64,000 nucleotides of DNA from an uncultured Rivularia sp. Its GTDB lineage: Bacteria > Cyanobacteriota > Cyanobacteriia > Cyanobacteriales > Nostocaceae. Position numbers and translations under genes: made by a program. A model generated the notes under the pieces. It ran no database searches and was not told the DNA's origin. It saw only the letters and a list, made by a program, of their open reading frames with translations. How positions within the stretch are numbered: the stretch's first letter is position 1; each line of letters opens with the position of its first letter. Of the stretch, positions 43,700-55,647 are shown one piece after another. The stretch is from NCBI GenBank assembly GCA_963665115.1, contig OY762007.1:2016001-2080000 (forward strand), given 5' to 3'.

Positions 43700-44122
43700 A
43701 TGAGATCCAATTTCACCCAACTGTATTTACACGCCGTTTGGGCAACCTGGGATAGATTACCTTTAATCACACCAGATATACAAAAGAATATTTATGGTGC
43801 AATTATTAAACATTGTCAAGAATTGCGATGTACAATCATTGCCATCGGTGGAGTTGAAGATCACATACATCTATTAACAGGTCTTCCCCCCAGCTTATCA
43901 GTATCTAACTTTATTAAAAATATCAAAGGTAGTTCTTCACATCTTGTCACCCATGACATCAAACCAGGTGAATTTTTTAAATGGCAAGGGAGTTACGGAG
44001 CTTTTACGGTTAGTCATGAGGGTATAGATCAAGTTGCCAACTACATCAGAAATCAAGCAATCCACCATCAGCAAAAATCGATAATTCCAACGTGGGAATT
44101 AAATCAATTAAATCACAGTTAA
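43700..44122 (+). CDS. tnpA: IS200/IS605-type Y1 HUH transposase, REP-associated (RAYT-like)
   Basis: HAVWAT, EDHIHLL (HUH), IKGSSS, WQGSYGAFTVS, YIRNQ; REPs on both sides, no tnpB. Confidence 0.9.
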   Translation: MRSNFTQLYLHAVWATWDRLPLITPDIQKNIYGAIIKHCQELRCTIIAIGGVEDHIHLLTGLPPSLSVSNFIKNIKGSSSHLVTHDIKPGEFFKWQGSYGAFTVSHEGIDQVANYIRNQAIHHQQKSIIPTWELNQLNHS

Positions 44123-44400
44123 TTTTATCTAAACCCACGCAGGTGGGTTTCGCTTTGTGTAGCTGCGGTTTAAACCGCCAGATTTTACAAATACCAATAA
44201 TTCCAACGTGGGAATTAAATCACAGTTAATTTTATCTAAACCCACGCAGGTGGGTTTCGCTTTATGTAGCTGCGGTTTAAACCGCCAGGTTTTACAAATA
44301 CCAATAATTCCAACGTGGGAGTTAAATCACAGCTAATTTTATCTAAACACACGCAGATGGATTTCGCTTTATGTAGCCACGATTTCCAATCGCCAGGTTT
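44081..44400 (+). repeat. Three tandem ~107-bp units (transposase 3' end plus REP)
   Basis: Units start at 44081, 44197 and 44304 with ATAATTCCAACGTGGGA; third unit diverged. Confidence 0.9.
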
Positions 44401-44642
44401 TGTTTTATTGTCACTATAGAAGACAATAATATACGCATCCGTAAACTACCAATAAAATAAATAATCAAAAAATTAACCAAAAAACAATCCCTAACTAACC
44501 ATCAATTAACTTTTTCTTAAATTTGTGCTATAATAGTATTCTTGTCTGTAATCAAGAATTATAAAGTATAATCCCCCTCGACCTAAAGGAAGAAGGGGTT
44601 TGTTGTGACGCACGCCGTTAGATAAATAGAGATAGGGAAAAA

Positions 44643-46391
44643 TTAGGCAGGAAAAATTCTTAGCCTCCGATTTGGTTCTTCCCCAAAACTGTTTGATTTA
44701 AGTCGATAATGTTCGACTAGTTCATGCTGCATTTTACGCACTTGCGAAGAACGCGGTAGTAATTCTACTGGCTGTCCCTTGGGAATTACTATTTGTTCAA
44801 CCGCAAGTCTAGCTTCTTCTAAAGCGTCAATTTCATCATCGCTGCCGTTGTGGAGAAATAATTGTAATTCACGCTCGTCAGCAACTTCTGGTTCGTCAAT
44901 ATTTAACAAGCGACGTAAGCCACGGGTTATTTGTGGAATGGTGCTGGACTTAATCATGTGAATTGGGACTTGACGAGCTTTCGCCATTTGTCGCAATTTC
45001 GCATGGTTTTTGACGTGCGACCGCAATGCTAAAATTGCATCCGCACTATCAATATCTTTTGTCAATACCACCGGCAAATGAAGTACCCCAACTACCTGGT
45101 CTAACTGACTGCGACTAACGCCGTAGGGGTAAATATGTAAAGGTAAATCTTCGCCATTTGGCCCGGAGTCCTTGTGTCCATTGCTCTCAAAACCATTATA
45201 GCTATTGAAAGATTGATCTAATAAGCGGTCAAATTCACTACGTCCGGAACCATTTCCATTTTGGTATTCCGCATTTAATGGCACCAAAGGACGCATTTGC
45301 CCAGATGCTCTCCAACCGTTGGTTCTATTAGCGCTTCGCCCGCGAAAAGTTTCTCCTCCTCGATCGGTTTGTGAGGCTCCACCGTTAATAGCAGTTAGTT
45401 GACGGGCGATCGCTACCTTACCGCCATCATCTATGGTTCTCACTTGCGGGCTTGGCTGTCTTCCTCTCAAAAGATTATCTATAGTATCAGCAACGCTTTC
45501 ATGAACTACCCAACGCTGCCTTTCTTGCATTTCCACTGCAATTTCAAAGGTAGGAGGCGCTTTGCGTTCCAAAACTGTTTTCTGAGAGCCTCGCCTTCTA
45601 GCTTCATCATCCCCCAGGGTTACAGCCTGTATACCCCCTACTAAGTCAGACAAAGTGGGGTTTTTTATCAAATTTTCAATCTGGTTGCCGTGTGCCGTAC
45701 CTATTAATTGCACGCCACGTTCGGCAATAGTACGAGATGCTAATGCTTCTAACTCCGTACCAATTTCATCAATTACGATTACTTCGGGCATATGGTTTTC
45801 CACTGCCTCAATCATTACTTGATGCTGTTCGGAAGGATGAGAAACCTGCATCCGTCTGGCTCTACCAATAGCCGGATGAGGAACATCACCATCTCCAGCA
45901 ATTTCATTGGAAGTGTCAATGATCACCACTCTTTTATCAAGTTCATCCGCTAAAACACGGGCTATTTCTCTTAAAACAGTAGTCTTTCCCACACCTGGAC
46001 GACCCAGCATGAGAATTGATTGACCATTTTCTACTAAATCGCGGATCATGCTAATCGTTCCATATACCGCGCGTCCAACACGACAGGTTAAACCTATAAT
46101 CTTGCCGGTGCGATTGCGAATAGCACTAATCCGATGTAAAGTTTGCTCTATTCCTGCTCGATTATCTCCGCCGAAAGTGCCCACTCGCACAATGCAATCA
46201 TCTATCTGTTGCTGAGTAATGGGTATTTCGCTTAGATATTCGGCTCCATCCGGGAATCTTGCTTCTGGGCGACGACCCAGATCCAAAACCACTTCTACTA
46301 AACTATCTCTTTGAGGATGCTCTTCGAGCATCGAGCGCAAATCTTGAGGCAATATGGCTAATAATTTTCGGAGATCGTCTGTAATCGTCAT
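44643..46391 (-). CDS. Ycf45/SpoIIIAA-like ATPase with R3H domain
   Basis: LDLGRRPEARF, GRPGVGKTT, IDEIG, RKMQH..EEPNRR. Confidence 0.9.
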   Translation of the reverse strand: MTITDDLRKLLAILPQDLRSMLEEHPQRDSLVEVVLDLGRRPEARFPDGAEYLSEIPITQQQIDDCIVRVGTFGGDNRAGIEQTLHRISAIRNRTGKIIGLTCRVGRAVYGTISMIRDLVENGQSILMLGRPGVGKTTVLREIARVLADELDKRVVIIDTSNEIAGDGDVPHPAIGRARRMQVSHPSEQHQVMIEAVENHMPEVIVIDEIGTELEALASRTIAERGVQLIGTAHGNQIENLIKNPTLSDLVGGIQAVTLGDDEARRRGSQKTVLERKAPPTFEIAVEMQERQRWVVHESVADTIDNLLRGRQPSPQVRTIDDGGKVAIARQLTAINGGASQTDRGGETFRGRSANRTNGWRASGQMRPLVPLNAEYQNGNGSGRSEFDRLLDQSFNSYNGFESNGHKDSGPNGEDLPLHIYPYGVSRSQLDQVVGVLHLPVVLTKDIDSADAILALRSHVKNHAKLRQMAKARQVPIHMIKSSTIPQITRGLRRLLNIDEPEVADERELQLFLHNGSDDEIDALEEARLAVEQIVIPKGQPVELLPRSSQVRKMQHELVEHYRLKSNSFGEEPNRRLRIFPA

Positions 46392-46450
46392 GCTTTTTAT
46401 GGTGACGTTTTTAGAGATAGGGACGACGAGCCAAAGCTCATCCGTCGCAC

Positions 46451-47603
46451 TTATTCTTTGAGCTGGGAAACTAATTCGTGTGCAAGCGATACGGCTTGCC
46501 AAAGCAGTGTGGGTTCTTCTTCAAGCTTTCGAGAAGTTACTTTGATATGCTCAACATTCACCTCCTTTTCTTCTAATTTTTCCAAAACTGGTGAAAGCAG
46601 TTTTCGGGCATAGCTACCATAAGCCACTCCAGCAATGGATGCTTCAGTTCTCGAACCTGATGTACGAGAGATAACATTATTCTCTCTCATATTCCCACTT
46701 CTGTGGTTCGTTAATTCCTTTAATAATCTCATTGCCTTTAATTTTGGCACGGTGTAACTATTAGTACCACCTGCTAACTGCACATATCCTGGTATATTTG
46801 CTTTCAATACTTTGGAACCTAACTTTACAGCAGCTAATGTAGTGCCCGAGCCAATATCACCGCTCATAGACCTACCGTCGGTTTGCCATATATTTACGCA
46901 GTTAAGCGGGGCGATCGCATCATACAAACTATGCAGATAGTCAATCATCCCTTCACCATCAGGACAACTAATGGCTAATAACTTCAAATGCTCAACATGG
47001 CTTGAAATTGTCTGCCACAATTTCTTAAATTCCGCCAAACGCCCGACAGTTGTATGAATTTCTACGGCATCTACTCCAGATTTCAGTATCAAGGGTGCGA
47101 TTGCTCCATTAGCTGTTGCATAAGATACCGTTTCTATTCTATCATACGGGCATACTGGAGCGCAACGACCGCAGCCATAGCACTTATCGGACAGAACGCC
47201 AGTAAAGTTATATTTGATACTATCAAACGTAATGGCTTGTGCGGGACAAATGCGTTCGCATGGTCGGGAACACTCAGTTGGGCATTTAGTAGAATCAAAT
47301 TCTGCTTTGCGGAAGTGAGGATCTTCGCCATCATTTAAGCTAACCATTAATAAAGGTCTTCCTTGATAGGCAAAGCCTCGTTTTTGGGGCCGCAGCACCC
47401 AAAGTCGCAGCAGCTTCTAACCCTTCTTGAGCGGCAACAATCACAGCTGGATCGGCAGCTACATCTATGCAGTCAGCCCCAGCTAATGCATAAGCTAATG
47501 CTAAACTTCTAACCGCAGGCAGATGTTGGAAGCTGGCTCCACAAATCAATTTGAACCAGCAGCCTTTTTTCAGCGATAGTAGGGGGTTAAATAGATCGGT
47601 CAC
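46451..47603 (-). CDS. ldpA: Circadian input Fe-S protein LdpA; frameshift at ~47388
   Basis: WFKLICGAS, DCIDVAAD, CPTECSRPCERICP, CYGCGRC, DGRSMSGDIG, QLAGGTN. Confidence 0.9.
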
Positions 47604-47675
47604 ACTTCTATTATGCTACGTGACAGAAGAAATAGATGATATAAATCCTCAATTTAATTGCAATCGGAGAAGATT

Positions 47676-49010
47676 TCACCGCGTTTTTTCTTTAGAAGTA
47701 TTTAAATACCTTGCTGTCTGGGTTGGAATTTCAATAATAAATTCTGTTCCATTTCCAGGAGTCGAATTATAATTCATTGTTCCCAAATGCCTCTTTACTA
47801 TAATTTGGTAGCAAATATATAATCCCAACCCACTGCCTTTTCCTACAGGCTTTGTGGTGAAGAAGGGATCGAAAATGAAAGAGCGAAGTTTCTCGGGTAT
47901 TCCCATCCCGTTATCTGCGATAGAGATTCTTACTCCACCATCATTGTTAATTGCACAAGTACCGATGGAAATAGTATGAGCAGTCGTAAAACCCTCTACC
48001 TTTTTTGCTTGGAATTTTTCTGCTTGCGAATCTATAGCATCAACGGCATTACTTAACAAATGCATAAAGACTTGATTTAATTCGCCTGGATAACAGGGAA
48101 TGGGTGGTAAATCGTCATACTTTTTGATTATCTTAATAGCATCGCGATAACTCGTTTTTCTAAATCGATGCTGCAATATTAGCAAAGTACTTTCTATCCC
48201 TTGATGAATATTAACTCGCTTATAGGAGGCTTCGTCATGTCTAGAAAAGTTTTGCAAAGCTAGTACAATTGAACGTATGCGGTCTGCTCCTCTGTGCATT
48301 GCACCCATTAGCGATTGCGAATCATTCATCAAGAAATCTAAGTCTATCTCTTTTTCTACTTTCTGAATTCTTTCAGTGGGGTTAGGATATTCCTGCTGAT
48401 ACGCTTCAACTAAATTAACTAAATCTTGTACATATTCGCGAATATATTCCAGATTCCCGTAGATGAAGCTAACTGGATTATTTACTTCATGAGCAACACC
48501 TGCTACCAAATGTCCTAAAGCAACCATTTTTTCATTTTGGATTTGCTGTGCTTGGGTTGCTTTTAAATCTTCTAAAGTTTTTTGTAAATAAATATTTTTT
48601 TGATGAAGTTTGACTTGTAAAGAACGTAAATTAATTTGATTTTCTATTCTTGATATTATTTCTGCTGTGTAAAAAGGTTTGGTTATGTAATCTGAACCTC
48701 CTACATCAAAAGCTTTGACTTTATCTAACACGTCATCTAGAGCGCTGATAAATATTACGGGAACTCCGCTAGTTGTTCGATCGGCTTTTAATTTTTGACA
48801 AACTTCATAGCCATTCATTTCTGGCATATTTATATCGAGCAAAATTAAATCTGGCAGAATAATTTGACAAGCATTTAATGCCATCTTACCGTTTAGAGCT
48901 TTACGAACTTCGTAACCTTGTGTTGTTAACATTGCCGACAAAAGACGCAAATTATCTGGAGTATCATCGACTACTAGAATATTGGATTTATCATTGATAT
49001 GAAAATGCAT
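47676..49010 (-). CDS. Hybrid receiver-histidine kinase
   Basis: REC domain; H-box AHEVNNP; DNGMGI, PFFTTKPVGKGSGLGL. Confidence 0.93.
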   Translation of the reverse strand: MHFHINDKSNILVVDDTPDNLRLLSAMLTTQGYEVRKALNGKMALNACQIILPDLILLDINMPEMNGYEVCQKLKADRTTSGVPVIFISALDDVLDKVKAFDVGGSDYITKPFYTAEIISRIENQINLRSLQVKLHQKNIYLQKTLEDLKATQAQQIQNEKMVALGHLVAGVAHEVNNPVSFIYGNLEYIREYVQDLVNLVEAYQQEYPNPTERIQKVEKEIDLDFLMNDSQSLMGAMHRGADRIRSIVLALQNFSRHDEASYKRVNIHQGIESTLLILQHRFRKTSYRDAIKIIKKYDDLPPIPCYPGELNQVFMHLLSNAVDAIDSQAEKFQAKKVEGFTTAHTISIGTCAINNDGGVRISIADNGMGIPEKLRSFIFDPFFTTKPVGKGSGLGLYICYQIIVKRHLGTMNYNSTPGNGTEFIIEIPTQTARYLNTSKEKTR

Positions 49011-49632
49011 TTGCTACCTAAAAATACGCTTTTATTTTTTTTGAAAAAATATTTTGATAAACGAATAATTAAATACATTACCTATTTTCGTTTTTATATT
49101 CGATAAAATCAAATTTTGTGAAACTATAATTATGTTAATAATTGTTTTCGTCTAATCATGAACAACTATTTGATCAATTATTTTGTGCTAAAAAATAGTT
49201 GAAAAAACAACTGTTATTCACTATACAAAAAATATGATTTTAAATTTAGGATTAATACTCTTTATTCATGTTATCTATATATCACTATTAAGAGTTTATG
49301 AGTCCGGACATTATTTTTTTTGACTGTTGAGTAAGCAAAACAAGTAAACTATAGCTGAAAATTATTAATTTTATAACAATATTAATAACTCTTAAATCTG
49401 ATTGTTAATCTTTGAACACAGTATAATCCATAGTAGCTATGCTGATAAAACTAACCTTAATACTAGATTTTACTCTAAGTCATGGTTAAAACTCCATGAA
49501 CCTATACAACTAGCATAATAGGATTAAGTAATATTTTCTAGAATAAATAGTTATTGCTATTTGCCTTATTTTTTTAAGTATATTAGGTCGCAAACTTATT
49601 TGTCATCGTTTGTACTTTGTCTACCCATTTAT

Positions 49633-51489
49633 TCACCACTGAGGTGCTGCCAACATCAAGTCAAGTATTCGCTGTGGCTCCATTGGTTCAGAAAACAAAT
49701 TTCCCTGAGCAAAATTACACTTTAAATCTCTAATTTGCGATAATTGTTCGGAAGTTTCAACACCTTCAGCAATTGCTTTCATTCCCATAGAATGAGCTAT
49801 ACCAATCATGGCTGGAACCAAACCCATATTTTCATGATTGTTCTGCATTAGATTTAAAAACGACTTATCTATTTTAAGAGTACTCAAAGGGAAATTATGT
49901 AAATAGCTTAAAGAAGAATAACCAGTACCAAAATCATCCATAGTCAACTTAATATTTCTCTGTTTAAGTTCTTGAAGAGTTGCTTTTACATCCACACTAT
50001 TTTCCATAATTACACTTTCTGTAATTTCTAATTCTAAAAAAGCAGGATTAACTTTCGTTTCGTGAATAATTTGGTCAATTTGAGCGAGTAAATTCGGTTG
50101 TAAAAACAATTTTGCACTCAAGTTGACACTGATATACAAAGGTTTTGGAACTGCCGGATGATTTTGCCAAATACATAGTTGATTGCAGGCTGTTTTTAAT
50201 ACCCAAGTATCGATAGCATGAATTAAACCTGTTTCTTCTGCCACAGGTATAAACTCGGTTGGTAAAATTAAACCTTTCCCAGGATGTTGCCAGCGGACAA
50301 GTGCTTCAAATCCAATGATTGAACCTGTTTTTAAAGAAATAATAGGCTGATAGTAAACAACTAATTCTTGCTTTTTTACCGCTCTTCTTAGGTCATTTTC
50401 TAACTCTAAAATTTGGATAGCTTCCCGATGCATCTCGGGATCGAAAACATGGAATCTTCCCCTGCCTAATGCTTTTGCACGATACATGGCTGTATCGGCA
50501 TCTCGGAGTAAATATTCCGGTTTTTCATAACTAATATTGCCCCAGTTTATGCCTATACTTACATTAACAAATACTTGGTATCTAGATACATTAAAATGTT
50601 GACTTAAAGAGTTGAGAATACTTTCGGCAATGGAAGTTACCATCTCGATATCCGAAACGTTTTCTAAAATAATACCGAACTCATCCCCGCCCAATCGTGC
50701 TAAAGTGTCAAATGGCGATAAAGAAGTTTGCAAGCGCTCGGCTATCGCAATCAGTAATCTATCTCCGACTAAATGCCCTAATGAATCATTAATAATTTTG
50801 AAGCGATCGCAGTCTAGAAAAAGTACGGCAAAGTTATGCTCGGATTCTAACTTAGCGCGATTTAATGCTTGTTCTAATCGATTTATAAAAGATACTCTAT
50901 TAGGTAAGTTAGTTAAAGCATCGCGCAAAGCACTTTCAAGTAGCTTATTTTGCAATTCCTGCCGAGAATTAATTTCTATTTTAAGTTTTAGTAAGGTGTT
51001 TTCAAGTTCTAGGGTACGCTGTTTAACTCTTTCTTCAAGCCTATCGTTAAGTTCTAATATTTCTAACTGAGCGCTTCTTAATTCAAGTTGATTTTGCACT
51101 CTTACTATAACTTCTGCAAATTCAAATGGTTTAGTAATATAATCTACTCCTCCTACCTTAAAGGCTTTCACTTTATCGAAAATATCGTCTAATGCGCTGA
51201 TAAAAATAATTGGTATATCGGCAGTTACTCGATCGTCTTTAAAACGCTGGCAAACCTCATATCCGTCTACCTCCGGCATCATAATATCTAGTAAAATTAA
51301 ATCTGGCAATTGAGTTTGACAAGCAGTACAAGCCATCTGCCAGTTTAATGCTTTACGAACTTTATACCCGACTCTAACTAGAATTGAGGATAAAATTCGT
51401 AGATTATCTGCTGTATCATCAATAATTAAAATATCTTGATTACTATTGTCTGACGAGCCATTCCCTGTATTTTTTGGAGTCAATTCCAT
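49633..51489 (-). CDS. REC-GGDEF-EAL c-di-GMP enzyme
   Basis: REC; RLGGDEF; FEALVRW, LEITES, DDFGTGYSSL. Confidence 0.95.
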   Translation of the reverse strand: MELTPKNTGNGSSDNSNQDILIIDDTADNLRILSSILVRVGYKVRKALNWQMACTACQTQLPDLILLDIMMPEVDGYEVCQRFKDDRVTADIPIIFISALDDIFDKVKAFKVGGVDYITKPFEFAEVIVRVQNQLELRSAQLEILELNDRLEERVKQRTLELENTLLKLKIEINSRQELQNKLLESALRDALTNLPNRVSFINRLEQALNRAKLESEHNFAVLFLDCDRFKIINDSLGHLVGDRLLIAIAERLQTSLSPFDTLARLGGDEFGIILENVSDIEMVTSIAESILNSLSQHFNVSRYQVFVNVSIGINWGNISYEKPEYLLRDADTAMYRAKALGRGRFHVFDPEMHREAIQILELENDLRRAVKKQELVVYYQPIISLKTGSIIGFEALVRWQHPGKGLILPTEFIPVAEETGLIHAIDTWVLKTACNQLCIWQNHPAVPKPLYISVNLSAKLFLQPNLLAQIDQIIHETKVNPAFLELEITESVIMENSVDVKATLQELKQRNIKLTMDDFGTGYSSLSYLHNFPLSTLKIDKSFLNLMQNNHENMGLVPAMIGIAHSMGMKAIAEGVETSEQLSQIRDLKCNFAQGNLFSEPMEPQRILDLMLAAPQW

Positions 51490-52152
51490 AATTTATTCAA
51501 GCTATAATTAAAAGCTAAATCCCTGATTTATAATCATCATTAACTTGTTATCGTTTTAAAGCTCATATCTTTAATTAATAAAGCCATATTCTTAATTGTT
51601 ATAACTTTAAAGGATACTGTCTCTATTACATTATTATCAATGGGAATTGGAATAAAAGTAGCTAACACATTGTTGCTAATAACCTATTAGAAGCTCTCAA
51701 AGCAATTATTCCTTTCCCGGCTCTGCGATTGCCAAGAAAAAAACCGCTGAGACGCAGCGTTAGCAAAGCGTGTCCGATACATAAAGTGCGATCTTTTAGG
51801 TTTTCTAAATGCGATCTGGAGGCAATCTCTTCGAGAACAACTTTTAAAGCTAGAGGAGAGAGATAGGTATTCTTAGAGCAGCATAGGAGTAATATAAGCA
51901 TTTTGCTTTTTAGTATACTTAGGCACAATAATTACATCTGTATAATTTTATCCAGATTCATCATATCTCTAATGTATTTTAAACTACAAATAACGTTAGA
52001 ATAAAATTGTCTTTGTGACTTAAAATATGTTTATGGTCTTAGCTAACAAACAATAATTTTATTTTTTTAATTTTATACCTACACGTATCAATTTATTTTG
52101 ATGCAGTCAAAAAGGACAATCTGATAGCCGCAATTAGTAAAGTGATTAGCTA

Positions 52153-52270
52153 AGTACCCGTGCAAAATTAATTGAATATTTTGTTTGAATAGGGAATAGC
52201 TTTGGGGGGGGAACAGGGAACGGTTATATCACTGAGTAGTAATGATATAAATGATGCGGGCTTAACTACT
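52153..52270. mobile_element. Second MITE-like element related to 37644-37744
   Basis: TA|AGTACCCGTGCAAAATTAATT matches the first MITE end; right end degenerate ...ACTACT|TA. Confidence 0.5.
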
Positions 52271-52528
52271 TATTTACGGTAATTTTGTCTATTCACACAA
52301 ACATCTGGCACTGTTTTCTACGAACAAAAATAAACCCGGTTTATTGTCAAGGTATAAGATAACTCTATTTGAACAATTATTTGCAAGACTTTTACTATTT
52401 GCAATTTATTTATTCCACTCGCTTGCTAAATACGAAAAATAAATCATTATTTATTTACAAAAAATTAGCTGTCCTTCATGCAAAAAAATTGCGTAAAAAA
52501 AGACAGCAATACATATTTATATAGTTAT

Positions 52529-53206
52529 TTACTCAACTTTAATCTTTTCTTCAGAACCTTCTTGGGTATCATAAAGCGGGGTTTCATCAATTCCACCGAC
52601 TTTATTTAGAGGCCAAAAACGAAGTACGGCTTTACCGATAATATTTTCGCGAGGGACAACACCCCAACAACGGCTATCGTAGCTACTCCCGCGATTATCT
52701 CCTAATACTAAATAGGAACCAGCTGGAATAGTCTGAGTTTTAGATAGAAATGGCTGTGTAGGTGCTGATGTACAAACTTCAATTGATGTATTTTGTACGC
52801 CACCAAGATATTTTTCTTCTTGTAGCGGCTTATCATTTATATATACTTTGCCATCTTTTAACTGTACCTTGTCTTCAGGTAAACCAATTATTCGCTTAAT
52901 AAAAGCATCTTGAAATTGTTCTTTTTGTAGCTCTTCTGTAGGAGAAAAGACTACAACGTCTCCCCGCTGAGGAATAGAAAATTTATAACTTAACTTATCA
53001 ACAATTATTTTGTCTGCCTCCCACTGATTTGGAGTACCGTGCAAAGTGGGTTCCATCGAGCCAGAAGGAATCCATCGGGCTTCAGCAACAAAGGTGCGAA
53101 TCGAAAGAGCAAGCACGATGCTTAATCCGATTGTTTTACCTAATTCAAAAAACCAGGAATTGTCGGGTTGTTGGTTAGAGTGGCGGTCAGACACTGGATT
53201 TCGCAT
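52529..53206 (-). CDS. lepB: Signal peptidase I
   Basis: IPSGSMEPTL, FIKRIIGLP, GDNR.SSYDSR. Confidence 0.94.
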   Translation of the reverse strand: MRNPVSDRHSNQQPDNSWFFELGKTIGLSIVLALSIRTFVAEARWIPSGSMEPTLHGTPNQWEADKIIVDKLSYKFSIPQRGDVVVFSPTEELQKEQFQDAFIKRIIGLPEDKVQLKDGKVYINDKPLQEEKYLGGVQNTSIEVCTSAPTQPFLSKTQTIPAGSYLVLGDNRGSSYDSRCWGVVPRENIIGKAVLRFWPLNKVGGIDETPLYDTQEGSEEKIKVE

Positions 53207-53464
53207 GTAATTACTCAAGTGAAACTAAATTATGCTCCAAAAATAGGGCTATTGCTAGGGAGACTGTATTTATTTATCTTAACTGTACAAAGATGCTGTT
53301 AGGAGTTATGTTGTCATGTTGACGCAGTTATTTGTAATTAAGAGGTTAGACATTATTTGTTGTAAATAGCACATAATGTCCGCGAGTAAAGCTCTAACCA
53401 CAAGTTTAACAACTTCATCGATAGCTGTATGTCAAAATTTACTGTTATTTAAGCCAGGTGTATC

Positions 53465-54788
53465 ATGTCACCTCCTAGTTTACTAATTCGCCGTGCGAGA
53501 ATTATTTTACCTTCGGGTGAATTTATTGTTGGGGATGTGCTGACGCGCGATCGCCAAATTGTCAAAGTTTCACCGTCAGAGATTGCGGACGAAACACCTA
53601 CCCATGTGATTGACGCTGACGGGTTAACTTTGTTGCCAGGAGTCATCGACCCACAAGTACATTTTCGGGAACCGGGGCTGGAACATAAGGAAGACTTGTT
53701 TACTGCTTCTTGTGCCTGTGCTAAAGGGGGAGTGACTTCGTTTTTGGAAATGCCTAATACTCGCCCTTTAACAATTAATCAAGAAGCCTTAAATGATAAG
53801 CTAGAGCGTGCTGCTAGTAAGTGCCTAGTTAATTATGGCTTTTTTATTGGAGCAACTACAGATAATTTGTCCGAATTGCTACAGGCTACCCCGACTCCAG
53901 GCATAAAGATTTTTATGGGTTCTATGCATGGACCCTTTGTTGGTAGATCCTCAAGAAGTATTAGAAGGAATCTTTGCTAATGGCGAAATTTTAATTGCAG
54001 TTCATGCTGAAGATCAAACCAGACTTAGACAGCGTAGAGAAGAGTTTGCCAATATTCATGATGTCGCTATTCACTCGCAGATACAGGACAATCAAGCAGC
54101 ATTGATCGCAACTAAAAGAGCATTAAAGCTTTCTAAAAAATATCGTCGTCGGCTACATATTTTACATATGTCTACCGCAGAGGAAGCAAATTTACTCCGC
54201 GAAGATAAACCTAGTTGGGTGACGGCAGAGGTAACACCCCAGCATTTATTTTTAAATACAGATGCCTACGAAAAAATAGGCAGTTTGGCGCAGATGAATC
54301 CACCTTTACGAACATCTCATGACAATCAAGTACTTTGGCAAGCTTTGTTGGATGGGGTAATTGATTTTATCGCTACGGATCATGCACCTCATACTTTGGA
54401 AGAGAAAGCGCAAACTTATCCTAAAAGTCCTTCGGGAATGCCTGGAGTCGAAACTTCGTTGCCTTTAATGCTAACTGCGGCAGTTGAAGGACGTTGTACT
54501 GTTGCCCAGGTTGTTAATTGGATGTCAACTGCTGTGGCTTCTGCTTACTCGATTCCTAATAAAGGAGCAATTGCTCCCGGTTATGATGCCGATTTAGTGC
54601 TTGTAGATTTAAACTCGCGAAAAAAGGTGAAAGGTAAAGAACAAGCAACTAAATGCGGTTGGAGTTCTTTTGAAGGCTGGAATCTGACAGGATGGCCGGT
54701 GACAACTATTGTTGGTGGTGAATTAGCCTATCACCAAGGTGAATTAAATACGAAAGTTAGAGGCAGAGCCTTAACTTTTAAGCGCTAA
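53465..54788 (+). CDS. pyrC: Dihydroorotase; frameshift at ~53934
   Basis: DPQVHFREPG, EMPNT, HAED, EVTPQHL, MNPPLR, ATDHAPH. Confidence 0.88.
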
Positions 54789-55647
54789 AACTCATGTTAT
54801 TTCAGATTTAATATTGCAAGCGCTTGTTGTTATTCAACTAAGCGCTTTATTTGTCTGCAAATAATTATCGGATTTTCAAGCAAATATCTTTTCCAGGGCA
54901 CTAATTAACAAAATTTCGAGTCAATTACAGATACTAATAGTATATTTACCAGTCAAAAGAATTTACTTTCAACACAAAATGTAGTTGTTTATACTTTAAT
55001 AGATATTGAATACCATCTTTATGCCTAAGTAAATATCCGGTCTCTAATTTCAATGCTTGCACTTGGACTTTCTTTTTTAAGTATTTATTGCATTTGACAA
55101 ACCGACAAAATGTGGATATCACGATTGTTCAAAGCCTGCAAAACTACTTAACTCTAAAACGTTTATTTAATCTTATATTTATTTCTTACTCTTAAAATAC
55201 TAGCGTTTTTGCTTACGAGCAATCACTCAGGCATATCAATAATAAACGTGTCAAACTGAACACAAATTTGAATCGGACGATTTTTTAGTATGACGTAATT
55301 TTCCCAATTTAAGCAGTTTTTAGAATTATCACCTCGGAAAAACACTGAAAATATTTAGGTATTTAGATAGTTTCTTAACCGATTGGGGTATCACCCTCCC
55401 TTGTTAAGTTCAACTTGGTTTGGCATGATACTTACTCAATCAACTTCAGTAGTATAAAATCAATCCTTGAAAAAGCAATATGTCTTTCTATTATGTAAAC
55501 GCATTAGCAGAAAAGAAGGTTATTAGAATTACAATGTGCTGCAATTATTGTGATGAAAGAGGAAGTGGTAGATAGAACAAGTCAAAAGAAGGCGAAGAAA
55601 CTACTTGCGGCCTTTATATCTGAACGCACCTGCCGCTTTATTGGTAA

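Noticed and set aside
44081..44400. CRISPR-like array of palindromic repeats
   Set aside because: The sequence between palindromes is near-identical rather than unique spacers, the period is ~107 bp, and no cas genes are present
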